DNA of 64,000 nucleotides from an uncultured Planctomycetia bacterium. GTDB lineage: Bacteria; Planctomycetota; Planctomycetia; Pirellulales; PALSA-1355. A program made the translations under genes and the position numbers. Below are positions 48,663-57,223 of this stretch, one piece after another; the first letter of the stretch is position 1, and the number at the start of each line of letters is the position of its first letter. The notes under the pieces were generated by a model. The model worked only from the letters and a program-made list of their open reading frames with translations, ran no database searches and was not told the origin of the DNA. The stretch spans positions 4,311,069-4,375,068 of the forward strand of contig CAWDFN010000001.1 in the NCBI GenBank assembly GCA_963801675.1. The letters run 5' to 3'.

Positions 48663-48680
48663 TTCTGTATGCATGCCGCG

Positions 48681-49538
48681 CTACTTGGGGTCGTTCGTGT
48701 TGATGAACGCTACCAGGGAGTCGATATATTGCGGCGGAATATAGCCGGCCATGATGGCGGTGAGGTGCGACTTGCCGGGAAGCACGACGGCTTTGAAGTT
48801 GCCCAGCTCGCGCTTCATGCGGTGGGTTTTGAAGTTCGGGCCGTCGAACTGGCCGTTGATCGCGAGCACCGGAATTTTGATCTGGGTCAGATCGATCGCG
48901 CCCCGCTCGCCCTCTTTCCAGGGATATTGGCGCACGGCGGCCAGGGCGTCGGCGTCGCGATCGGCACGCGAGCTCAGCTTGGCCGAAGCTTCCGACTCCT
49001 GCCGATCGGGGCCCGGCTCGTCTTTGGGCACTTGCTCCCTGTATCTCTCTTCAACCTCGGGCACGCCCGACCCGCCGTATGAGGCGGTGATGAAACGCTG
49101 GGGCGCGGCGACGAGAAGTTGGGTCACGATGCCGCCACCCATCGAGTAGCCGTGGACGTGGGCTTTGTCGATTTTCAAATGGTCCATCATCTCGAGCACG
49201 TCCTTGGCCATCTGCGGTCCGTACTTGGCCGGATCGTGCGGCTTCTCGCTCTGGCCGTGGCCGCGGCAGTCGATGGCCACGACCCGATGATTCTTGGACA
49301 GGGCCTCGGCCACGCCGTTGGCAAACCAATTGCCCTCGGCGCTGCCCGAAAAACCGTGAATCAACACCACCGGCGAGCCCTTGCCGGCTTCGAGATAGTG
49401 AATCTTCACGCCATCGGAGGCGGTGAAGGTGCCGTGCACCGGATCGAGGGCCGCCACGGCCGCCAGCGGCGCCAGCACGATTGCCAGCGGCAACGTCAGC
49501 CTGAGCAATTGATTGTGAGACCGCAGGGCGTATCGCAT
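48681..49538 (-). CDS. Secreted alpha/beta-hydrolase
   Basis: MRYALRSHNQLLRLTLPLAIVLAPLAAVAA; VVLIHGFSGSAEGNW; VHGYSMGGGI (GxSxG); LPGKSHLTAI. The start is at the internal ATG of ORF 48681..49799. Confidence 0.8.
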   Translation of the reverse strand: MRYALRSHNQLLRLTLPLAIVLAPLAAVAALDPVHGTFTASDGVKIHYLEAGKGSPVVLIHGFSGSAEGNWFANGVAEALSKNHRVVAIDCRGHGQSEKPHDPAKYGPQMAKDVLEMMDHLKIDKAHVHGYSMGGGIVTQLLVAAPQRFITASYGGSGVPEVEERYREQVPKDEPGPDRQESEASAKLSSRADRDADALAAVRQYPWKEGERGAIDLTQIKIPVLAINGQFDGPNFKTHRMKRELGNFKAVVLPGKSHLTAIMAGYIPPQYIDSLVAFINTNDPK

Positions 49539-49750
49539 CGATCGACCTCCCGGGCAAGTAGGGGTGCATTGCCGCCAGCCGCCGACGTGCGATTGTGTCG
49601 ATAATCGTGGGAAAAGGCAAGTTTTTTTAAGCCGCGCCTGAACTTCGGATGGCGAGATTCGCCACGTTGACCCTAACGTGCGGGGTAGGGTAAGCTCAAA
49701 TCCCGGCGACACGTGGAGCATCAAGCCGGCACTCAATGAGGGAATCCGTG

Positions 49751-50377
49751 ATGATTCGATCTGCGACGTTGATTTGCGTTTGGCTCGTGATGGCCGCACA
49801 GGCGATGGCCGGCAAGTACAACTCGGTTTTGAACATCGGCGACGCGGCGCCGGCTTGGAGCAACCTGGAGGTGGTCGACGGCAAAAGGCACGCGCTCGCC
49901 GACCTCGCCGATAAGGACGTGGTCGTGGTGGTGTTCACGTGCAACAGTTGCCCCGTGGCCACCGACTATGAGGACCGGATCATCGAGTTTGCGAAGAAAC
50001 ACGCCCAGCCCACCAGCAAGGTGGCCCTGGTGGCGATCAACGTGAACAAAGTTGCCGACGACCTGTTGCCGAAGATGAAGGAGCGGGCCGAATCGAAGGG
50101 TTTTGATTTTCCCTATCTCTACGACGATACGCAAAAGATCGGCAAGGATTTCGGCGCCAATTTCACGCCGGAAGTTTTCGTGCTCAACAAGCAGCGGCAG
50201 GTGGTCTACATGGGCGGAATGGACGACAACAGCAACCCGCTGGAAGTGAAGGCCCACTACCTGGAGCCGGCGGTCGCGGCGGCACTGGCCGGCAAGGCCC
50301 CCAGCAAGGCCGAGGCGCCTGCGATCGGCTGCCGCATTCGCTACGAGCGCGAGCGGCGCAAGCCTGCCGGGAAGTAG
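49751..50377 (+). CDS. Secreted thioredoxin-fold redoxin (CxxC), paralog of the N-terminal domain of the 51472 gene
   Basis: MIRSATLICVWLVMAAQAMA; VVVVFTCNSCPVATDY (CNSC); FDFPYLYDDTQKIGKDFGANFTPEVFVLNKQRQVVYMGGMDDN; GCRIRY. Confidence 0.75.
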   Translation: MIRSATLICVWLVMAAQAMAGKYNSVLNIGDAAPAWSNLEVVDGKRHALADLADKDVVVVVFTCNSCPVATDYEDRIIEFAKKHAQPTSKVALVAINVNKVADDLLPKMKERAESKGFDFPYLYDDTQKIGKDFGANFTPEVFVLNKQRQVVYMGGMDDNSNPLEVKAHYLEPAVAAALAGKAPSKAEAPAIGCRIRYERERRKPAGK

Positions 50378-50389
50378 AGGAGCCGGTTT

Positions 50390-50514
50390 GGGGTAGCACC
50401 GACAACTGGTTGTCGGTGTTGCAACGCAACAAGAGGCGCTTTCGAGTGGCGATTGACACCGACCGATTCCTCTTGTCCCTTTGTGACCGATACAACGAGT
50501 TGTTTGGGCCACCC
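50390..50514 (-). repeat. Copy D of the ~125-nt nested-palindrome element (reverse orientation, most diverged)
   Basis: The reverse complement reads GGGTGGC-CCAAACAACTCGTTGTATCGG-TCA-CAAAGGGACAAGAGG-aatcggtcggtgtcaatcgccactcgaaagcg-CCTCTTGTTGCGTTG-CAACA-CCGACAACCAGTTGTCGG-T-GCTACCCC. It lies between the redoxin gene and the tetR promoter. Confidence 0.85.
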
Positions 50515-50594
50515 GACCCCAGGCCATTGCCAGCACCCAAGGCCGGAAGACCCCCGGTCCGGCCGCCCGACCCCGCGAAATACCGCAATATACC

Positions 50595-50623
50595 TTGACA
50601 GGGGGTGTCGTCATGAGTATAAA
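50595..50623 (+). promoter_or_regulatory. Near-consensus sigma-70 promoter of the TetR gene (TTGACA-17 nt-TATAAA)
   Basis: TTGACA at 50595-50600, a 17-nt spacer, then TATAAA at 50618-50623. GGAGGG lies 7 nt before the GTG start at 50684. Confidence 0.45.
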
Positions 50624-50683
50624 CAGAATGAGAATTCTAGTTCGATTCACACGCGTTTGACTCAATTCGGGCGGAGGGTTGGC

Positions 50684-51361
50684 GTGACGGCGGCATTTAC
50701 CCAAGTCGAATGGGTCCGGCCGACTCATCAGGCGCGGAGCCAGGAGACGCTGGAGCGCATCTTGGAGGCCGCGGAGGAGATCGTCTCCGAAAAGGGCTTT
50801 GATAGCGCTACGGTTTCCGAAATCGTGCGCCGCGCGAAGTCGTCGGTCGGCGCCATGTACGCGCGGTTCAACGACAAGGACTCGCTGCTGGTATGCCTGC
50901 ACGAACGGTTTTGCGAACAGGCGATGGCCACGACCGAAGCGGCGCTCGACCCCGCGCGGTGGGAGGGCGCATCGATTGCCGAGATCCTTTCGGCGTCGCT
51001 GCCGTTCGTGGTGCACGTCTATCACGAGAAGCGGGGCCTGATCCGCGCCTTCATCGTGCGCGGCAGCACCGATCTGCAATTCGCCGAGCGCGCCAGCCGG
51101 CTGAGCCGCGCGATTTCGGAAAAGCTGATCGCGTTGTTCATGGCGCGGCGCGACGAAATCAAACACCCCGACCCCGTGCTGGGGGTCGATTTTGGTTTGC
51201 GCATGGCGTTCGACACATTGGACCAGGCGACGTTGTACGTCGACATTCAACGCACGAAGATCCAACTGACGCCCGAGCAGTTGTCCGAGGAACTGACGCG
51301 CGTGTTTTTGAGTTATCTCGGCATCGAAACCGTTCCGTCGTGGGAATCGGCGGCCCAGTAG
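50684..51361 (+). CDS. TetR/AcrR-family transcriptional regulator
   Basis: QETLERILEAAEEIVSEKGFDSATVSEIVRRAKSSVGAMYARFNDKDSLL is a TetR N-terminal HTH. The GTG start is in frame with ORF 50453..51361. Confidence 0.8.
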   Translation: MTAAFTQVEWVRPTHQARSQETLERILEAAEEIVSEKGFDSATVSEIVRRAKSSVGAMYARFNDKDSLLVCLHERFCEQAMATTEAALDPARWEGASIAEILSASLPFVVHVYHEKRGLIRAFIVRGSTDLQFAERASRLSRAISEKLIALFMARRDEIKHPDPVLGVDFGLRMAFDTLDQATLYVDIQRTKIQLTPEQLSEELTRVFLSYLGIETVPSWESAAQ

Positions 51362-51430
51362 CGGCGCGTCGCGCAACGCGGACTCCGTAAAGCCGGTCGA
51401 ACCTTGTACCAGATCATTCTGAAACCAACC

Positions 51431-51445
51431 CCTGTCATCAACAGG
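51431..51445. promoter_or_regulatory. 15-bp palindrome CCTGTcatcaACAGG between tetR and the redoxin fusion gene; candidate TetR operator
   Basis: Perfect 5-bp arms, 27 nt upstream of the ATG at 51472. A related TGTCGTCA lies in the spacer of the tetR promoter (50606-50613). This is inference only. Confidence 0.3.
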
Positions 51446-51471
51446 TATCTTTGCATTGGAGGAAGACGACG

Positions 51472-53816
51472 ATGAGGAAATCCGTACTGGCGTTGCTGGC
51501 CCTGGTGGCCGCTTTTGGTAACGGCGCGCTGGCCATGGCAGGCGAGAACGCGCCGAACGGCAAGTCTCCGATCGAGATGAAGTCTCCGATTGGAAACGCG
51601 GTCGACTCGTTTTCGGCCCGCGATTTCCGCGGCAAGCCCACGTCGCTGGCCGACTTTGCCCAGAGCAAGATCGTGGTTGTGACGTTCCTGGGCACCGAAT
51701 GCCCGCTGGCGAAACTGTACGCCTCGCGGCTGGTCGAACTGGCCGCCGAGTTCAAAGCTCGGGGCGTGACGTTTGTCGGCATCGATGCGAACCAGCAGGA
51801 CTCGGACAGCGAGCTGGCGCATTACGCCAAGGAGAACAAAATCGAGTTTCCGTTGCTCAAGGACGCCGGCAACGTGATTGCCGACAAGCTCGGCGCGGTA
51901 CGCACGCCGGAGGTGTTCGTGCTCGACGAGAAACGCACGGTTCGCTATTGGGGTCGTATCGACGATCAGTACGGGTTCCAGGAAGCCGGCGTCGCTTTTC
52001 AACGGTCGGAGCCGAAACGCCGCGACCTGGCCGTCGCGCTGGACGAACTTCTGGCCGGCAAGCCGGTGAGCCAGGCCGTCGCCCAGAACCAAGGCTGCCG
52101 CATCGGGCGCATCAAGCAGCCGGTGGCCGACAGCGACGTGACCTACAGCAAGGACATCGCCGCGATTTTCAACAACAACTGCGTGTACTGCCATCGCAAC
52201 GGCCAGATCGCGCCGTTCCCGCTGACCTCGTATGAAGAGTCGGTCGGCTGGGCCGAAATGATTCGCGAAGTGGTCGACGAGCAGCGCATGCCGCCCTGGC
52301 ACGCCGATCCGAAGATCGGACACTTCCGCAACGACGCGCGGTTGAGCGAGCACGACAAGGATCTGATCGGCAAATGGGTCGACAACGGCGCGCCCGAGGG
52401 CAACCCCAAGGATTTGCCGGCGCCGCCGAAGTTTGCCGAGGGCTGGCAGATTCCCAAGCCCGACGCCGTGATCTACATGGCGGACAAGGCATACGACGTG
52501 CCGGCCACCGGCACGGTGGAGTATCAGCGGTTCGTGGTCGATCCGGGCTGGACGGAAGACAAGTGGGTCAAAGCCATGGAGTGCGTGCCCGGCAATCCGT
52601 CGGTGGTGCACCACATCATCGTCTACCTGGTGCCGCCGGGCGTGACTCCCAGCGGCCAGGCCGGCCGGTTGCGCACCAACTGGCTGGGAGCGTTTGCCCC
52701 CGGCTTGCGGCCGCAGGTGCTTGAAGAGGGACTGGCTCGCTACGTGCAGACCGGTTCGAAGCTGCTGTTCGAAATGCATTACACGCCCAACGGCGCGGCG
52801 CAGAGCGACCGCAGCTACGTCGGCTTTGTGTTTGCCGATCCCAAGACGCGTGAAGAAGGAAGTGGCCGTGCAGAACGCCGGCAACTTCACTTTCAAGATT
52901 CCGCCCGGTGACGCGAACTACGAGGTGGAGTCGGAATTCGTGTTCCGCCAGAACACGTTGCTGCTGACGGTGTCGCCGCACATGCACGTGCGCGGCAAGG
53001 ATTTTCACTACGAGTTGATTTACCCTGACGGCAAGCAAGAGCCGGTGCTGTGGGTTCCGCACTACGATTTCGGCTGGCAGACGACGTACGAGTTGACCGA
53101 GCCGAAGTTGCTGCCGCAAGGGCACGAAGATGCATTGCGTGGCCCACTTCGACAACTCGGCCGACAACTTGGCCAATCCCGATCCGACCAAGGAAGTGAG
53201 CTGGGGCGAGCAGACTTGGGAAGAAATGATGTTCGGCTGGTTCGAAATGGCGCTGGCCGACCAGGATTTGACCCAGCCGGCCACGGCTTCGGCCCTGCGC
53301 GTCAAGGAGTTTCTGGCGCAGGCCGATACGATTCAACTCGACGATCAGCTCAAGGCGTTGGCTCGCGGATCGCTGGCCAACGACAAAGTTTTCGAGCGAT
53401 TCGTGTGGCAGTTGTTCGACCTGGTTCCGCAGTTGGACCGGGTGTGCATCACGACTGTCGACAATGACAAGATGCGGCTCAAGATGTTGCAAGAGCGGCT
53501 GGGACTGAAAACTTCGCTGCGCAGCCCGATCGACGCGTCATCAAGGCCCAGGGACAGTCGCTGGCCGACTACGCGCTGGGCGACAAAGTGATCGTCAACG
53601 ACGACATGTCCAAGACGACCGGCTCGGTGATGGCGAACATGTCGAGCAAGGACATTCGTTCGAGCATGCACGTGCCGGTGACCGATCAAGGGCGTCCGCT
53701 CAACGATCAACTTCTGGAGTGCCGAAGCGGGCGCGTTTCCGCCGCAAGCGGCCAAGCTGCTGGAACAAGTGGCACGGCTGATGGCCGAAGGGGCCGAGTC
53801 GGTCGCACAGAAATAG
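51472..53816 (+). CDS. Secreted fusion protein: redoxin (thioredoxin fold) + CxxCH haem motif + copper type II ascorbate-dependent-monooxygenase-like domain + GAF-like C-terminus; about 5 frameshifts in the last third
   Basis: MRKSVLALLALVAAFGNGALA; VVVTFLGTECPLAKLY; TPEVFVLDEKRTVRYWGRIDDQ; NNNCVYCHRNGQIAPFPLTSYE; VVHHIIVYLVPPG, LLFEMHYTPNG, VSPHMHVRGKDFHYEL, MHCVAHFDNSADN (His/Met copper-ligand-like pattern). The C-terminal part reads VCITTVDNDKMRLKML...VIVNDDMSKTTGSVMANMSSKDIRSSMHVPV...AAKLLEQVARLMAEG, stitched from ORFs 51451..52911, 52694..53467, 53130..53591 and 53588..54037. Confidence 0.7.
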
Positions 53817-53857
53817 ATGCCGTACGTTGGAAACCCACCTGGGGGGTGGGGGCAAGT

Positions 53858-53895
53858 CGAGTGCCCCGCGAGTCGAGAGGCTCGCGGGGCACTCG
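53858..53895 (+). terminator. Rho-independent-type terminator with a perfect 15-bp stem
   Basis: CGAGTGCCCCGCGAG-tcgagagg-CTCGCGGGGCACTCG, followed by cgtttctacttc. It lies 42 nt after the stop of the fusion gene. Confidence 0.65.
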
Positions 53896-54045
53896 CGTTT
53901 CTACTTCGGACAGCTCTGTCTGTCGATTGTCCTCATGCAAGAGGATGGCGCCGGTAACTCGGTCGGCACTGGCCAGACGCCAGGTATACACAAACGCTTT
54001 AATGCTCTTTAATTCGAACTTCAGTACGCGATCCTAGACGCTCAA

Positions 54046-55032
54046 CTACTTCGCGGCCGCGGGCTCCGCTTTCTCCGCCGGCTTGCCCGCGGGGCTCTTG
54101 CCCAGGTGCATGCTGAACGTTTCTTTCATGTCCTGCGTCAACTCCCGCGCTCCGGAGAGCTCCATGAAGAAGCTTTGCGAGCCGTTGGACTTCACCAGGT
54201 GGCCTGCCTCCCGATCAAAGTAGAACGTCGCGCTGGCTTCCTGCGAGAGGATCTCCAAATCGGCGACCGGCTTCTCGACGGGTTCGAAGGTCAGCTCGGT
54301 GCCGGCCGAGATTTTGGCCAGCTTCTTGCCGTCCACCGTCTCGTCGGGAGCCATAGAAAACGTTGTGTCGGTCATCGTAGTGCCGATCGAGGGCATCGTG
54401 TTCTCAAAATGCTGATTCCAGGTGACGTCCTTGTCCGGCGCGGCGTCGGGCAGCGGCAATACCGATTTTTCGATCAGTTCCTTGATTCCTTTTTCCGAAA
54501 ACGCGTTGCCGCCGATGCCGAAACCCATCTGCCGGTTCTGGCTTTGCTGCTTCTTGAACGACTCGGCCAACTTCTCGGGCAGCACGATGTCACTGACCTT
54601 GCCGAGCGGCGAAATCTTCAGGCGAAACGTCTGGCCGAGCATGCCCGTGACCATTGGTTCCATCTGCGCCCAGGCGATGCCGGCGGGCTTTTCGGGACTT
54701 TGCGAATCGTAGGTCATGTTGCCCCCTAACGGCGAGCTCATGTTGATCTGAATCCGCCCGATCAATAGCTCGACCTCGGCCGTGCCGTCGCCGGCCACCG
54801 CTTGGGCCTTCCAGTCGATGTCGAAGGTCATACCCATGTTGAAGGTGATTTCGGACCCTGTCAGGTTGAGCTTGCCCTGCGCGGTGCGCTCCAGGACATA
54901 ACTGAGCGTTTCGCCCGTTTTGAACTTCCAGCGAAGCGGCGACTCGGCCCGGGCAACGGCGATTCCGGCCAGGGCGACGGCCAGAACCGCGATAAGCTTG
55001 GAAGTCCGCGCTGGAAATGCATGTGTCGGCAT
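54046..55032 (-). CDS. Hypothetical secreted protein (328 aa)
   Basis: MPTHAFPARTSKLIAVLAVALAGIAVARA is a signal peptide. The rest is beta-rich sequence: RWKFKTGETLSYVLERTAQGKLNLTGSEITFNMGMTFDIDWKAQAV... I could not confidently name a family. Confidence 0.6.
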   Translation of the reverse strand: MPTHAFPARTSKLIAVLAVALAGIAVARAESPLRWKFKTGETLSYVLERTAQGKLNLTGSEITFNMGMTFDIDWKAQAVAGDGTAEVELLIGRIQINMSSPLGGNMTYDSQSPEKPAGIAWAQMEPMVTGMLGQTFRLKISPLGKVSDIVLPEKLAESFKKQQSQNRQMGFGIGGNAFSEKGIKELIEKSVLPLPDAAPDKDVTWNQHFENTMPSIGTTMTDTTFSMAPDETVDGKKLAKISAGTELTFEPVEKPVADLEILSQEASATFYFDREAGHLVKSNGSQSFFMELSGARELTQDMKETFSMHLGKSPAGKPAEKAEPAAAK

Positions 55033-55257
55033 GGAATGACCCTTTACGCTTGCGTGACGAGTGGTTGTTGAGGCCGTAGTTTCGGCGGCCGAACCGCGAG
55101 TCAATTGTAGCCCGCGACGGCGCCGGCCGCAAAGGAGAATTGCGTCGATGGCAAAAAGAGATTGCAAGCAGCGACGGGAGCCGACGTTTTGATTGCAAAG
55201 TCTTGGTGGGCGGCTACTATCAGAGGCAGGCGACTTGCCGATCCTGGGGGCCATGGG

Positions 55258-56113
55258 ATGAGTTTCAATCGCGGCGCCGCGAGATTCTTGATGGGGCTCG
55301 CGCTAATTCGTGGTTCGATCGAGATCAGCCGCGCGGACGAGGTCCCGCGCCCGCCGACAGTGCGAGTTGCCGGCATCGTGCTCAAGTGGATTCGCGGCGA
55401 CAAGGCCGCGAACTTTCGCCGCGTCGAGCCGAAGATTCGCGCTGCAGCCGCGGGTGGAGCGAAGATCGTGTGCACGACCGAGTGTTTTCTGGACGGGTAT
55501 GCGATCGCCGACAAGTCGATTCCGCTCGACGTCTACCGGGGGCTGGGCGAGCCGATTCCCGGCGGCGCGTACTTCGACCGGCTGGCGAAGTTGGCCGACG
55601 AGTTGGATATCCATCTGATCGCCGGCATGCTCGAAGCCGACGGCGACGACCGATACAACTCGGCCGTCATCCTTGGGCCGGACGGCAAGCTGGTCGGCAA
55701 GTATCGCAAGCAGAAGCTCGACCACGAGCTGGTCCGCAACAAGCCGGGCAACGTCTCGAGCGTGTTTCCGACTCCGTACGGTTCGCTGGGCGTGATGATT
55801 TGCGCCGACCGCCGCGAGGAGGGCATCGTGCGCGCCTTCTGCGCGCGGCGCCGATTTTCTGATCTGTCCGTCCGGCGGCATGTTCGGCCCGAAGTCGAAC
55901 GATCCGATCCTGCAAGCCCGCTCGCGCGAGAACGGCGTGTTCATCGTCTTCGTTCATCCCGCCGAGTTCCTGGTCACCAATCCGCAAGGCGAGATCGTCA
56001 CCGCCGAGTTGTTCGGCGACCGCCTGCTGATCGACCCGGCGGATGAGAACGGCGAAGTCGACAGTGCCGCGATTCGATATTTCGACTTGCCGCTGATGAC
56101 GAAGAAGAACTGA
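55258..56113 (+). CDS. Carbon-nitrogen hydrolase (nitrilase superfamily) with an N-terminal signal-like sequence; 1 frameshift near 55850
   Basis: MSFNRGAARFLMGLALIRGSIEISRA; KIVCTTECFLDGY (Glu), KYRKQKL (Lys), LGVMICADR (Cys), which is the E-K-C triad context. The C-terminus ADFLICPSGGMFGPKSNDPILQARSRENGVFIVFVHP comes from ORF 55880..56113. Confidence 0.8.
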
Positions 56114-56152
56114 AATGGCTCTGGCGTATTGTCGGGGCCGGTTTGTCGCTGC

Positions 56153-57210
56153 CTATTCCCTCGCCACGTTGATGCGTATTTCGGCCTTCAAGTCGTGTTC
56201 GCTGGAGAGGATCGCCAGGCGGCCTTGATCGATCCAGATGCCGCCGGCGCTTTGAAAGCGATTGTTGCCGGATAGTCGCATGGGCTTTCGCGACACCTTG
56301 TGCAACTGCATCGCGGAATCGTGCGTTAGGTCGAGCGAGAACAAATCGACATGGTCCTCGCCGGCAGGCGTCGTTTCGAAGCCGAAGAGAAAAATGCGGC
56401 CCACGGCATCAGCGACGAGATTCACCGCCTGGTACGCGCCGAATGTACGATCCGGTTGCCAGGCATCTTTGTTCGCCGTGGCATCCTGCCAGCGGGCGTG
56501 AAGGTCAAAGCGACTTGCTGGGTCGGCCAGCGGCTTGCCGTTCGAGAGGTAGCAGTCAATCGCCCGGCTGTCCCAATTGGCCACGACCAATAGATGGTCT
56601 TTTTCGCGCGCAGCAGGCCCACGGCGCCGGCCGTCTTGTCCTTCGGCGCGCCGCTGCGGCGAATCGTCAGGTGTTTCCACGGCGCCGGCTTTTCCGGCGT
56701 GGAGACGTCCCAAAATTGGACCTCCGAGCGGGTCTTCTGCTGGTTGTCTTCCAGTCCGACTACGAGTACGTTGCCCAAGATCTGGATGCCGCCGGCGTGA
56801 CGCAACGGGGGCGACTGCCCGTCGGAGGGAAACTCGTGAACATGCACTACGCGTCCGTCGCCGTCGAGGTTTGCGGGTAGCTCGGCGATCACGAGGTAGG
56901 CGACCGAGAGCGAATCGTGCGACAAGAAAGCGAGGTTTCGCTTCCCGGCCGCGTCGAACCGCACCTGGATTCCTTGCAGATGTCCGCCGGGCGGGACGCG
57001 GGCGTCGCCGCGCGCGATTCGCAGCAGCTTGCCTTCAGCGGGAACGCTTGCCAGCGCGGCGGCGACGTTGGAGATTGCACCGTCGCCGCTGAGGCGCGCC
57101 GACTCGTCGCCGAATGCCTGGCTCGCTATGGCGCCAAGCGTCATCGTGATGAGGCAGACGGCAAGCGCGGTGCCGCGACGAGCACGGCTGTGCAGGATTG
57201 GCCAACCCAC
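56153..57210 (-). CDS. Hypothetical secreted protein (~350 aa); 1 frameshift near 56590
   Basis: ORFs 56422..57210 and 56153..56713 join: ...GHLQGIQVRFDAAGKRNLAFLSHDS...HAGGIQILGNVLVVGLEDNQ...TAGAVGLLR / EKDHLLVVANWDSRAIDCYLSNGKPL...GRIFLFGFETTPAGEDHVDLFSLDL...GGIWIDQGRLAILSSEH. I recognised no family. Confidence 0.5.
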
Positions 57211-57223
57211 GGAGTTTGCCGGC

